From positions 416,001-480,000 of the forward strand of contig CAXRHT010000001.1 of the NCBI GenBank assembly GCA_964230645.1: 64,000 nt of DNA. Direction: 5' to 3'. The translations under genes were made by a program, and so were the position numbers. The notes below the pieces were generated by a model. The model was not told the DNA's origin. It worked only from the letters and a program-made list of their open reading frames with translations, and made no database searches. How positions within the stretch are numbered: the first letter of the stretch is position 1; each line of letters starts with the position of its first letter. This document shows positions 47,822 to 57,638 of the stretch, one piece after another. Source of the DNA: Bdellovibrionales bacterium (GTDB lineage: Bacteria; Bdellovibrionota; Bdellovibrionia; Bdellovibrionales; JAGQZY01).

Positions 47822-50733
47822 AGCTGCCTGACCTCAGTTTCATAGATGGTTTCCACGAGTTTCTTTGTGACTTCAGGGTTGTTATCAATAGACTTGAGAA
47901 GCTCCTCTTTTTTTGCCTCTAATTTTGGATTTAAAAAGGCTGAAATGGCTATTTTTGTTTTCAGGCATTTTTTCACATCTTCATCGCACTTTTCAGGAAC
48001 CTGCCCCAACACATTCTGAATGTAGGGCTCTTTTCGCATGGCCAGAAGATAGCGGTAGCGCTCAAAAAGCTCGGCCGCTAAAGGGAGCTCTTCGTTGGTT
48101 GATGAGGGTTTGGATTTTGGATTTTTATTAAGTAGGTATTCATATTGTTCCATTTTTTTGGACTTCTTTTTAGAAGCGATACTTTTACCTTTTTCACCAA
48201 AGACGTCTTGACGAGCCAAAGATATACGGCCCGCAAATAAGGGATCCACTGACAATAAAAACTCAACACCCTTTTCATAAAAACTTTCAGGCAATTGGTT
48301 TTTTACTTGCTCCCATAAAAGCTTATCGGGTCCATGTGATTGTACTGGGAACTTTGATTCCATGGCTTGCATTTTTTCTTTCTCGCTAACAGGCATGACA
48401 AAATACTTGTTGGCTAATTCTTCATGCTGAATGACCGAATTTTGAAAAAAAGCTCTCCCTGACTGGTAGGCCAGGGTTGGATGATACAGGCTGTGCATAA
48501 GTTCTGAGCGTTTCGCTAAATCTGTCACGGCAGGATCGGTTAAAAGCTGATGGTATAAAATACCAACTCCCCCTTCTCTTTCAACAGAGGTGTAAATCTC
48601 GGGAACCTGCTCAGCTTTCTTTTTAATCTGCTCTAGATTAACGGAGAGATCATCGTTACTGGCCATAATGATGGTCGCTGCTCCCCCGGCTCCCCAAAGG
48701 GTCACATTCTTGAAAGCTCTTTTAAAATTAAAAAGAATGCTTAAAAATCCCGGCTCCGACATGGCAAAAAGAGGGAACCACTGCGAATAGATGCCGTCTT
48801 TTTTTAACTTGCTCGAAGCCTCTTTTAAAAACTCGAAAGTATAAATTTTTTCGACACCCGTGACCCATGTGTTACTGGGTTCAGAAAAAATAATATCGTA
48901 TTTCTTTTCCTCGGTCTTTAAAACCTTGTAGGCATCATCATTAACAATTGTAACTTTATCCATATTGTCTTTTAAATTAAAGTTCCACTCGTCAAAATAA
49001 GGAAGGGCGCGAATCACGCCATTGGCGATTTCAGCCACCTTGACACTTTCTGTGTCTGGAAAAGAGGCCGCAATTCCGGCACTTAATCCTGAGCCCAGGC
49101 CAATGATAAAAATATCAGCGTTGGAGTTGGTGATGCTCAAGGGTAACAAGGCTGTCATTGAACGAGTGAACTGATCCCCTTTGGTATGAGCATCGGGCTT
49201 ACCATTGACAAAAACCGCTCTATCGCCAGAGCCTGTTTCAACAACCACAGTGTATGTATTGACTCCGAAGTCAGAAAATAGAATTTTCTGCTCTTCTTCG
49301 CGATACCTTCGGTTTTCTTCTTGGTTTTTTAAGTATTCTTTTTTTGTTTTAGGTGGCACGAGGTTTCCGAAAAATTGGCCTGGAACAAAATCACTATCTT
49401 TCCACTGAGGAACAAGCAGAGGAAAAATCAAAGCAATGAGAATTGGAACCGTGACGATGGCCCAGACTCTTCTCTTGGCCTTAATCGCAAGGACCATTGC
49501 CACACAAATCCCTGTTAGAAACATGATTACAAAGAAGACTTCTAAAACATCTAAAATAAAAAACGCCAGATAACCTAGCAGAATTGATCCTAAAACCGCT
49601 CCAATAGAATTCACGGCATACATAAGTCCCGCGGTCTGATTGAGAAACTGCCCTCGTCGCTTTAATTGTTGAAAAAGCAGAGGGAGAGTCATACCCATGA
49701 AGAATACGGGCCCAAGAACTAACAACTGAAATGTTAGAAAGACTGTCACCCAGTAAGGAATAAAATTAATTTCCGAAGGAGAGAAGAGTAGTCTCACCCG
49801 TGAAAGCATACTGGGCATTGAGGGAATCAAATAAACGAAAACGGCAAGAGAGATCATCAAACCGGCTTGAGAAAATATGAGCCAACGAAGACCGGTCTTT
49901 GCATTTGATTTCGAGGCCGCCATACTCCCTAGGGCAATCGATAAAATAAAAGCGGCAACAATTACTGTGTAGGAGTAATTAGAACTTCCAACGGTCAATC
50001 CCGCGAGCCGGATAATAATGTTTTCTAAACCAAAACTAATAAAACCTGATAAAAAGGCAAGCCCCAGAAGTCTATAGTCATGCTTAACCTTTGAGGCTTC
50101 TTTCACAGGCTCAAAGCCTTCAAAATTTCTTGATGAAGCTCGGCAGTATACAATCAGGAAAACACAAATCAAACAATTGAGGATTCCTGTGAGATTCAGA
50201 GACTGCGCCAATCCTAACCACTCTATTAAGATGAAACCGGCTGTCAGAGTTCCAACAAAAGCTCCGAGAGTATTAAGACCATAAACCCAAGCGTGAACCT
50301 TATGACCTTCCTCTAACTCTTTACTCATTCCCTGAGTCAAAAGAGGAATAGTTCCACCCATAAGAAAGGTAGGAAAACCAATCAGTAGAAGTGCAAAAAA
50401 TCCACTGCTCGCAAAGTGCATAAACGAATGGGAGGGGTAAGAGGGCCAGACCTCGTAAAGGTACTTAAAAACAGCCGGTGACAAGATCGCATAAACACCA
50501 ATAAGCCCCTCAAGATAAGCGTAAGAAAGGATTCGGTTGGAACCCAACTTATGTCCATAGCGCCCCATGATCTGGTAACCCAGAGCTAGAAAAAGAAAAA
50601 AACAAGAAAGTGTCAGAGAGGTTGAAAGAGCGTGGCTCCCAAGATAGATGGAAAGGTATTTCTGCCAAACCACTTGATAGATAAGTCCCGTGAAGCCAGA
50701 AATAAAAACAATTACAAGTACTAAAAATGCCAT
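47818..50733 (-). CDS. Fused multi-TM (MFS-like) / spermidine-synthase-fold methyltransferase-like protein, paralog 1
   Basis: About 13 hydrophobic helices in two repeats, then VNGKPD, IGLGSG, VAEIA, DDA, YDIIFSEPSNTW. Confidence 0.85.
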   Translation of the reverse strand: MAFLVLVIVFISGFTGLIYQVVWQKYLSIYLGSHALSTSLTLSCFFLFLALGYQIMGRYGHKLGSNRILSYAYLEGLIGVYAILSPAVFKYLYEVWPSYPSHSFMHFASSGFFALLLIGFPTFLMGGTIPLLTQGMSKELEEGHKVHAWVYGLNTLGAFVGTLTAGFILIEWLGLAQSLNLTGILNCLICVFLIVYCRASSRNFEGFEPVKEASKVKHDYRLLGLAFLSGFISFGLENIIIRLAGLTVGSSNYSYTVIVAAFILSIALGSMAASKSNAKTGLRWLIFSQAGLMISLAVFVYLIPSMPSMLSRVRLLFSPSEINFIPYWVTVFLTFQLLVLGPVFFMGMTLPLLFQQLKRRGQFLNQTAGLMYAVNSIGAVLGSILLGYLAFFILDVLEVFFVIMFLTGICVAMVLAIKAKRRVWAIVTVPILIALIFPLLVPQWKDSDFVPGQFFGNLVPPKTKKEYLKNQEENRRYREEEQKILFSDFGVNTYTVVVETGSGDRAVFVNGKPDAHTKGDQFTRSMTALLPLSITNSNADIFIIGLGSGLSAGIAASFPDTESVKVAEIANGVIRALPYFDEWNFNLKDNMDKVTIVNDDAYKVLKTEEKKYDIIFSEPSNTWVTGVEKIYTFEFLKEASSKLKKDGIYSQWFPLFAMSEPGFLSILFNFKRAFKNVTLWGAGGAATIIMASNDDLSVNLEQIKKKAEQVPEIYTSVEREGGVGILYHQLLTDPAVTDLAKRSELMHSLYHPTLAYQSGRAFFQNSVIQHEELANKYFVMPVSEKEKMQAMESKFPVQSHGPDKLLWEQVKNQLPESFYEKGVEFLLSVDPLFAGRISLARQDVFGEKGKSIASKKKSKKMEQYEYLLNKNPKSKPSSTNEELPLAAELFERYRYLLAMRKEPYIQNVLGQVPEKCDEDVKKCLKTKIAISAFLNPKLEAKKEELLKSIDNNPEVTKKLVETIYETEVRQL

Positions 50734-50821
50734 AACCCCTCTTTCTCTGAGACTTTGGTTTTATATTCTAGGACAGATCCCACGAATAGCTATTCTCATT
50801 GCATCAGACAATGACCTAAAT

Positions 50822-51005
50822 CATGTGGTCTTGAGCGAAACCCCATTGTCATCCTGTGCAAAGCAAAACCCCATTGTCATCCTGAGCGAAGCGAAACCCG
50901 GTTGTCATCCTGAGCGAAGCGAAGGATCTTAGGTCTTTCGCTGCGCTCAAGACGACATGTCTTTGCCCAAAGCGACGGGCACTCCACGCTCAGGATGACA
51001 ATGGG
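50822..51005. repeat. Cluster of REP-like palindromic repeats
   Basis: Three tandem 28 bp units (50841, 50869, 50897; CCCCATTGTCATCCTGAGCGAAGCGAAA-like) plus inverted copies at about 50936-50959 and 50987-51005. Confidence 0.85.
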
Positions 51006-51215
51006 CAATCCACCAGACAACTGTAAAAATAGTGTTTCATTGTGAAACAATTTGGAATCACGAAGCTAAAAAGACCCAAAAGTTTCCTAAAATAAATTTA
51101 ATTGATAAAAAAACACTCAAAGTACTTTAAAACAGCCCTTGCATGACCTAAGTCCAGCTTGTTTCGATTCTAAAAATCTCACTATGAGAATGTTGGTCTA
51201 ATTCTTAATTTTTAC

Positions 51216-51242
51216 TTTACCCTCTGAAAAATCTGCCGATAT
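51216..51242 (+). promoter_or_regulatory. Sigma28 (FliA)-like promoter of the pilin gene
   Basis: TTTA-N15-GCCGATAT, with the perfect palindrome TCTCA-CTA-TGAGA at 51177-51189 upstream. Confidence 0.55.
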
Positions 51243-51279
51243 ACTAGTCATGTGTAAAACTTTTTACAAAGGGGTAATA

Positions 51280-51867
51280 GTGTCACAAAAACTAACTAAT
51301 CTGGTTAAATTACTAAAAAAGAAAAATAAAGGATTCTCGTTGATCGAGCTCATGGTTGTTGTTGCCATTATTGCTATCCTTTCAACGATTGCAATTCCTA
51401 GTTACCAAATGTTCCAAGCAAAAGCTCGTCAGAAAGAGGGATTTGCTCTTATGGGTGGTTACTATTCAGCAGCTCACGCGGCTCGTGCTGAGTACAGTCA
51501 GTTCCCTGGAAACTGGGTAGGAACTGGATTTGCGCCTACTGGTACTCTTAACTACAACCTTAGATCCGCTGACAATGGTGGATTCACTCTTCCGTACATG
51601 CAAACGACAGATGCTGGATGCGTTACCGGAACAGCGGCATGTGCTTGTGGTGGTGCTTGTATGAACTTTAAAGAATGGAAAATGGGGATAGTTGGAATGG
51701 CTGGTCTAAACCTCGGTTATGCCAACCCGATGACCGCTGCAACTACAGCAGGAAACAACTTCTTGATCGCCGTTGCTGGTGTTCCTTCTACGAAGTCTGC
51801 CAACATTGATGAATACAAAATGGATCATGAAAAAACTGTTGAGATGGTTACTGACGGTCTTAAATAA
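51280..51867 (+). CDS. pilA: Type IV pilin (type IVa prepilin)
   Basis: Basic leader, then G|FSLIELMVVVAIIAILSTIAIPSY (class III signal, Glu5) and AKARQ.E. GTG start at 51280 has an AAGGGG RBS (ORF track start is 51250). Confidence 0.9.
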   Translation: MSQKLTNLVKLLKKKNKGFSLIELMVVVAIIAILSTIAIPSYQMFQAKARQKEGFALMGGYYSAAHAARAEYSQFPGNWVGTGFAPTGTLNYNLRSADNGGFTLPYMQTTDAGCVTGTAACACGGACMNFKEWKMGIVGMAGLNLGYANPMTAATTAGNNFLIAVAGVPSTKSANIDEYKMDHEKTVEMVTDGLK

Positions 51868-51891
51868 TTCATTTTGTTAAATCGCTATTAC

Positions 51892-51925
51892 AAAAAAACC
51901 ACAACATTTGTTGTGGTTTTTTTTT
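51892..51925. terminator. Bidirectional Rho-independent terminator
   Basis: AAAAAAACCACAAC-ATTT-GTTGTGGTTTTTTTT between the convergent pilin and 52013..54850. Confidence 0.85.
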
Positions 51926-52012
51926 GCTCAAGACAACTCTTCTAATAATTCTTCCCTTATAATCATTTTACCGAGAAAACCTTGTGGCTCAGGGCTGGAG
52001 TTTCTTTGAGAT

Positions 52013-54850
52013 TTAAGAGCTTTTCTTTACCTGATCTACGAAGTTCTTTTCGATAACAAACTGCTGATGCACTTTTTGAATTTCCTTAACCAGTAGCCGG
52101 AATTGCTGAGAATTCATGCGCACCTCTATGGGTCTCAAGAGCTTTAGTACCGAATCAAACTCCATCCCCTCTTTAATCGAAAACTCCGAGAGTGCGTAGA
52201 GATGTTTGGCTTCTTCTCCACTGATCGCTGTGGATTTACCAGTAAAAGTCTCGAACTGTCTTTTAAGAAACTCAAAATCAGTTTTGATAAATCCCCCTCG
52301 ACGGAGTACTTGATAGTTTTGAAGTTTTTTGAGCGTGCCATTGGGTAATCTCTGATAGAGGTCATTAATTTCAATGAGTTGCTCAACCACTTTACAGAAG
52401 TACTGAACCCCAGCCACACCTTGGCAGGATTCATAAAGTTCTTTATGACTGGAAAGTTTTTTGAAAGCAGAGAAGCGCTCACTAGAGCCAAGCAAATGAA
52501 GCCTAAGTGTTTCATCGACTATATCACCAAACTCCACTCTCTTTTTAAGAAACCGAGCTCTATTGGCATTTTCCGCCAATGTGGGAGCCACCAGTGAGTG
52601 AGGAGTCACTGCTGGATTAGCAGCAATGGCACGAATAAGCTCGGTATTTAAAATCTTAACGATATTGAAGTCTGAGGGCTCTTTGATTTTTAGAATATTG
52701 AGCATCTGACGTTGAAACTTTTCTTCAAAGCGCTCAGCCATATAGGGGCCGAGGTTTTTACTTTCAGACATCACCATAATGGAGTCTGAGCTATTAATCT
52801 GGTAGAGAGCGATATTAGAAAATTCAAGGGCCGCGTTTCTCAACACGGTTTTTATCAAATGCTCTGAAAAAGCGTAATTCTGAATCCACATCGCAAGAAC
52901 CCCTTCTGAGGTTAAGCGAGACTTTGCAAGCCTTATAAAGTCATCGGTAAAGAGATTCTCCACTCCCATCACCCAAGGATTTGAGGGCTCTGTTACGATC
53001 AACTCATAAGATTTGTCCGTTTTGGTAAAATGTCTAAAGGCGTCCGAATGAATATAGTTGGCTTTCTCCATAATATGGGCATCAAAATTGGAACCCGCCG
53101 TCTTATCACGATGTTTTAAAAGGGCTGAAGAAATCTCAATCACGTCCACTTCTCTAACGTCCTCGGCCTTTCCCATCGTCCCTGCTGACATTCCGGTTCC
53201 AAAACCAACGAGGGCTGCTGTAATATTTTTTGCTGGCACCAGGAAGTAAGGAAGGGCTGAGGTTAAATACATGGTTGAAAAATCGCCAAAGGTATTCCCA
53301 TCAGACTTACCGTTTACTGCGACTGTCACGGGCCTAGTCAGCCCACTTTCTTCTAGGAATTTTTTTTCTAACTCCCCTACGGAACTGTCGTTACTAAATA
53401 TGGCCACCGTTGTGTTTGGCCCATCGGTAATGAAGGCCTCTCTTTCTCCATGTTCCCAAAGTTTTAACTGAAAGGGTGTCTTAAAAAAATACTCATTGGC
53501 TTCCGTCACTCTAAAAACACCGATCGAGTGATTTTCTCTGTTCCAAGCTCCAAAAAGAATGGCCACACCTAAAACGGCACAAGCGGCTGTGTAACCTTTC
53601 TTATTTTCTTTAAAGCTTAGGAGGACACCGGCCACCCCTAACAAAATTATGTTCAGACGAAAAACAGCATCAAGGTTAATAAAATAAAGAAGTAAGTAGC
53701 CAAGAACAATTCCACCGAAGGCAGTCCCTATGGTATTAAACGAATAGAGAAATCCACACTTTTTACCGTAATCATGACCCGTCTTATCTAAAAGACTGTA
53801 GCCAATTGGTAGAATCTGCCCCATTAAAAAAACAGGTACAAAAAAGATGAGTCCAAAGAGCAAAAGAAGCATTCCATTAAAGACCCAATAGTTACTGGGA
53901 ATGATCGTAAGGCTCACTCTGACATGAGCGGCCCACACACCCCAATAAGGCACTGTTAAAAATACCAAGGACCAAAGCACCATAGCAGTGACAAGACGTT
54001 TATAAAGAGCTTTTGAAGAATGAACTTTGGGAAGAAGAAGGCTACCAAGACCCAAGGCGAAAATAAAGACACTTAAAACTGTTGGGAAAACAACCACACT
54101 CGAACCAATCGAAATTCCAACAAGGCGTATTAAAACAGTTTCAAAGCTAATGGTCACTAAGCCCACTATAAAAACGAGAAAGTATATTAAGCCTTCAGAA
54201 AGCTCATTTTTAGGCGGCTTAACAGGCTCGGGCTGATAAGCCGGTCCCTTTAGTTGATTGGCTAAGAAAATAAATGACAGAGCAATATTAAGGCCACCAG
54301 CAATCAACATGGTCATGGGGATTCCGTAATTGGGAAGAAGGAAAAATCCACCAGTGAGAACTCCAAGACAAGCCCCCAAAGTGTTCCACCCATATATTTT
54401 AGCGTGAGTGGAGTTTACCTCTGAGGCGGACTCCGGAAGAACGGTCGTTAAAACAGGAATGGAAGCTCCCATTAAAATTGTGGGAAGAAGCACACAAAGC
54501 CCTACTACGATCACATCAAAAATAAAAAAGTCGGGTCCTCCAAAACTAATGCTTTGAAACATGGGAAAAAGAAGCGGAAAGGCCACCGCATAAATACCAA
54601 TGAGGAGCTCAACATACCCATATATTTTGGTAGAAAACTGCCGCTCCCAGTCTCTAGCCATCAAGCGACCAAAGAGATAGTAACCAATGGCAAGGCCCAC
54701 TAAGAAAACAGAAACCACAATGGCACTGGATTTTGCCTCAGACCCAATCAGTATGGCCAAATACCTCTGCCAAGCGAGCTGATAAACCAGGCTCACAAAT
54801 CCTGACAAAAATGTACCCAATAAAAAGAGAAACCGATAAAAACTCTGCAT
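52013..54850 (-). CDS. Fused multi-TM (MFS-like) / spermidine-synthase-fold methyltransferase-like protein, paralog 2
   Basis: Same architecture as 47818..50733: VNGKSD, VGFGTG, VIEIS, SDA, YELIVTEPSNPW. Confidence 0.85.
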   Translation of the reverse strand: MQSFYRFLFLLGTFLSGFVSLVYQLAWQRYLAILIGSEAKSSAIVVSVFLVGLAIGYYLFGRLMARDWERQFSTKIYGYVELLIGIYAVAFPLLFPMFQSISFGGPDFFIFDVIVVGLCVLLPTILMGASIPVLTTVLPESASEVNSTHAKIYGWNTLGACLGVLTGGFFLLPNYGIPMTMLIAGGLNIALSFIFLANQLKGPAYQPEPVKPPKNELSEGLIYFLVFIVGLVTISFETVLIRLVGISIGSSVVVFPTVLSVFIFALGLGSLLLPKVHSSKALYKRLVTAMVLWSLVFLTVPYWGVWAAHVRVSLTIIPSNYWVFNGMLLLLFGLIFFVPVFLMGQILPIGYSLLDKTGHDYGKKCGFLYSFNTIGTAFGGIVLGYLLLYFINLDAVFRLNIILLGVAGVLLSFKENKKGYTAACAVLGVAILFGAWNRENHSIGVFRVTEANEYFFKTPFQLKLWEHGEREAFITDGPNTTVAIFSNDSSVGELEKKFLEESGLTRPVTVAVNGKSDGNTFGDFSTMYLTSALPYFLVPAKNITAALVGFGTGMSAGTMGKAEDVREVDVIEISSALLKHRDKTAGSNFDAHIMEKANYIHSDAFRHFTKTDKSYELIVTEPSNPWVMGVENLFTDDFIRLAKSRLTSEGVLAMWIQNYAFSEHLIKTVLRNAALEFSNIALYQINSSDSIMVMSESKNLGPYMAERFEEKFQRQMLNILKIKEPSDFNIVKILNTELIRAIAANPAVTPHSLVAPTLAENANRARFLKKRVEFGDIVDETLRLHLLGSSERFSAFKKLSSHKELYESCQGVAGVQYFCKVVEQLIEINDLYQRLPNGTLKKLQNYQVLRRGGFIKTDFEFLKRQFETFTGKSTAISGEEAKHLYALSEFSIKEGMEFDSVLKLLRPIEVRMNSQQFRLLVKEIQKVHQQFVIEKNFVDQVKKSS

Positions 54851-55139
54851 TCAAACTTCCTTGTTCGTCTATAAAAAGGTTAGACCAAGGTCCCTTTAAT
54901 GACAATGGCTTTAGTGGGTCTTAACCCCTGTTATTTTCAATTAAATTTGTCGATCTCAGAAAGAAACCCACGAGGGTCTGTTTTTGCATTATTTTTTAGC
55001 ACCCCTTCTCCTCCTTTATTCCTTATCTTTTTTTCAAAAAGAGGGGGTAAAACCCTCCAAGAAATGACTAGAGCTTCAAACTTCTTAATTCTTGTGAGAA
55101 TCTCAAGTGATTTGGATGTAAAGAAAGGATTTATTCACT

Positions 55140-56576
55140 ATGTCTCAACCTGTGCTTAGTTTTGTTTCCGGAAAAATGACAGAGTCCCAACAGGGGGCCA
55201 GTTGGGATAATATCAATCCCGGCACCGAGGAAAACTTAGGAAAAGTTTTTTCTATTTCAGAAGGAGAGTATGAAAAGGGAATCACTGAAGCTTTAAAGGC
55301 TCAAAAGGAGTGGGCGGAGAAAACCGGGACCGAGCGTGGGCGAATTCTACACAAAGCCTCGCTCTTACTCAGAGAAAAGACAGAAGAGCTCGCCCTCATC
55401 GAAACAGAGGACACTGGAAAGCCCCTCTCCGAATCTTTAACGGTTGATATTGAGTCCGCAGCTGACGCCATAGAGTACTTCGCTGGAATCGCGTCAGCAC
55501 TTAAAGGTGATTCCTACCAATTGGGTGGCGACTTTGTTTATACTAGAAGAGAGCCTCTGGGGGTCGTTGGAGGAATTGGAGCTTGGAACTACCCCATTCA
55601 AATTGCCGCTTGGAAATCGGCCCCAGCTCTTGCCGCCGGTAACGCCATGATCTTTAAACCCAGTGAAATGACCCCGAGAACTGCCCTGGAGTTGGCAAAA
55701 GTTTATAAAGAGGCGGGTCTACCCGATGGACTTTTTCAAGTCTTTCAAGGGGATCACCACGTGGGTGAAAAAATGGTTAAAGATGAACGAATCCATAAAA
55801 TCTCCCTTACAGGAGAAGTCGGCACCGGGGTTAAGATCATGGAAGCCGCAGCCCCCACACTAAAACATCTCACTTTTGAGCTTGGCGGTAAGTCCCCCAT
55901 GCTGGTTTTTGAAGACGCCGATCTTGATCAAGCTGTCGAGGGTGCTATGGCCGCAAATTTTTTCACCCAGGGAGAAATTTGCTCCAATGGCACAAGAGTC
56001 TATGTGCATGAAAAAGTTTTAAATGCTTTTACAGAGAAACTCCTCGCAGAAACAAAAAAATTAAAACTCGGTGATCCGATGGATAAGACCACCACGGTGG
56101 GCGCTTTGATCTCAAAGGAGCACCGTGAAAAAGTGCTCTCTTATATCGAGAAAGGAAAAGAGGAAAAAGCGGAGCTTCTCACAGGAGGTAACACTTGGGG
56201 AGAGAAGGGCTATTTTGTAGAGCCCACAATTTTTGCCAACTGCACTGATGATATGACTATCGTCAAAGAAGAGATCTTTGGCCCCGTTCTTAGTCTTCTA
56301 AAGTTCAATGACGAAGAAGATGTAGTAAAACGAGCTAACAACACGCCTTACGGATTGGCCGCAGGTCTTTTTACTAAGGATTTAAACCGTGCTCATAGAG
56401 TTTCAGGTCAACTAGAAGCTGGAATTTGTTGGGTGAACACCTATAATGAAACCCCTGTCGAAATTCCTTTTGGAGGCTACAAGATGTCAGGCTTTGGAAG
56501 AGAAAACTCGGAATGGGCTCTGCTTGCCCACACTCAAATTAAAACAGTGTTTTTGAAAGGTACCAATAAAAAATGA
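55140..56576 (+). CDS. betB: Betaine aldehyde dehydrogenase
   Basis: GIGAWNYPIQIAAWKSAPALAAGNAMIFKPSE, ELGGKSP, ANFFTQGEICSNGTRV, EEIFGPV. Confidence 0.88.
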   Translation: MSQPVLSFVSGKMTESQQGASWDNINPGTEENLGKVFSISEGEYEKGITEALKAQKEWAEKTGTERGRILHKASLLLREKTEELALIETEDTGKPLSESLTVDIESAADAIEYFAGIASALKGDSYQLGGDFVYTRREPLGVVGGIGAWNYPIQIAAWKSAPALAAGNAMIFKPSEMTPRTALELAKVYKEAGLPDGLFQVFQGDHHVGEKMVKDERIHKISLTGEVGTGVKIMEAAAPTLKHLTFELGGKSPMLVFEDADLDQAVEGAMAANFFTQGEICSNGTRVYVHEKVLNAFTEKLLAETKKLKLGDPMDKTTTVGALISKEHREKVLSYIEKGKEEKAELLTGGNTWGEKGYFVEPTIFANCTDDMTIVKEEIFGPVLSLLKFNDEEDVVKRANNTPYGLAAGLFTKDLNRAHRVSGQLEAGICWVNTYNETPVEIPFGGYKMSGFGRENSEWALLAHTQIKTVFLKGTNKK

Positions 56577-57475
56577 AACTCTTTATTCTCTCCTCACTGA
56601 TCGTATCAAGCTTTGCCATGTCTCCTTCTCCTGAAGGACTGGAAGTTGTAGAAGAATACACTCTTCCTACTGTCGAAATCTCAGGGATGGCTTGGCGCAA
56701 AGATCCCACAACGTCAAAACGGGAATTGGTTCTTGTGAGTGACAGAGAGTACAGCCTTTACATCGTTGATTGGGAAAATAGAAAACCCCGCTTTCAATTT
56801 AGAAAGGTCGATCTATCGAGCTTAAAAAGTGAAGAGGACGGCGAACAGTCGGAATGGGAGTCGGTTTTTAGTGATGAATCAGGAAGAGTCTATATCGTAA
56901 AAGAAGAGCCTGGCCGAATCCTTGTTCTCTCCTCAGACTTATCTCGGGTTGAAAAAAGAATTTCCATCCCTAGGCAATCTCGTGCCGAAAACTCTGGTGC
57001 TGAAGGCCTTTTTCCTCTGAACAATGGCCATTTTATTGTGGTAAATGAAAAAGAACCGTTAAGAATTGTTGAGCTCGGCGTCCAAGGGGAAAAGCCTAGT
57101 GGTTACACATCTTCTTTAAATATTGAAAACTCAGGAAATTTTCCAGTTGAAAAAATAGGAGCCTCCCTTAAAAGCCTCAAAACCTGGGCTCCAGACGCAG
57201 ATACCCTTGAGAAATTGAAAGACTCTAGTGGTATCAATGCTGACACTGAGAGTAACCTTTATCTTCTCAGCGATGAGGAAAAAGTCATTGCTCTTATCGG
57301 AGACTCTCTCACTGAATCTCAAACAGAGGTGAGTGCTACAAAATTCTGGAAGCTTCCTAAAAAACTAAAAAACCCTGAGGGTATGGTCATTGATTCCAAT
57401 AAACAGCCTATTATTGCTATCGATAACAAAGACGATGACAAGCCAAACTTGTTTCTCCTCTCCCCTCTTCAATGA
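56573..57475 (+). CDS. Secreted SdiA-regulated (YjiK)-like beta-propeller protein
   Basis: Signal peptide; repeated blade motifs EISG, EWES, ENSGAEG, DSSG..LYLLSDE, NPEGMV.D. Overlaps the betB stop (ATGA). Confidence 0.75.
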   Translation: MKLFILSSLIVSSFAMSPSPEGLEVVEEYTLPTVEISGMAWRKDPTTSKRELVLVSDREYSLYIVDWENRKPRFQFRKVDLSSLKSEEDGEQSEWESVFSDESGRVYIVKEEPGRILVLSSDLSRVEKRISIPRQSRAENSGAEGLFPLNNGHFIVVNEKEPLRIVELGVQGEKPSGYTSSLNIENSGNFPVEKIGASLKSLKTWAPDADTLEKLKDSSGINADTESNLYLLSDEEKVIALIGDSLTESQTEVSATKFWKLPKKLKNPEGMVIDSNKQPIIAIDNKDDDKPNLFLLSPLQ

Positions 57476-57638
57476 CTGTAAAGTTTGTATCAGATCAGGA
57501 CGTTAAAGATAAAAGTTATAGTTTGAGTTTCATTTAGAATTTTATTTGATAGGCCCCTTAAAAATGAGTGTTCTAAAATGGAACCGAAATTTGCCCCTGT
57601 CGCTCATATAAAAGATAATTGAGACATCAGGGGGATTT

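Noticed and set aside
50841..50924. 28 bp tandem repeats as a CRISPR array
   Set aside because: The units are contiguous with no unique spacers, occur in inverted copies, and no cas genes are present.
47818..54850. Calling the two large membrane proteins speE
   Set aside because: Key aminopropyltransferase acidic residues are substituted, so only the fold is supported.
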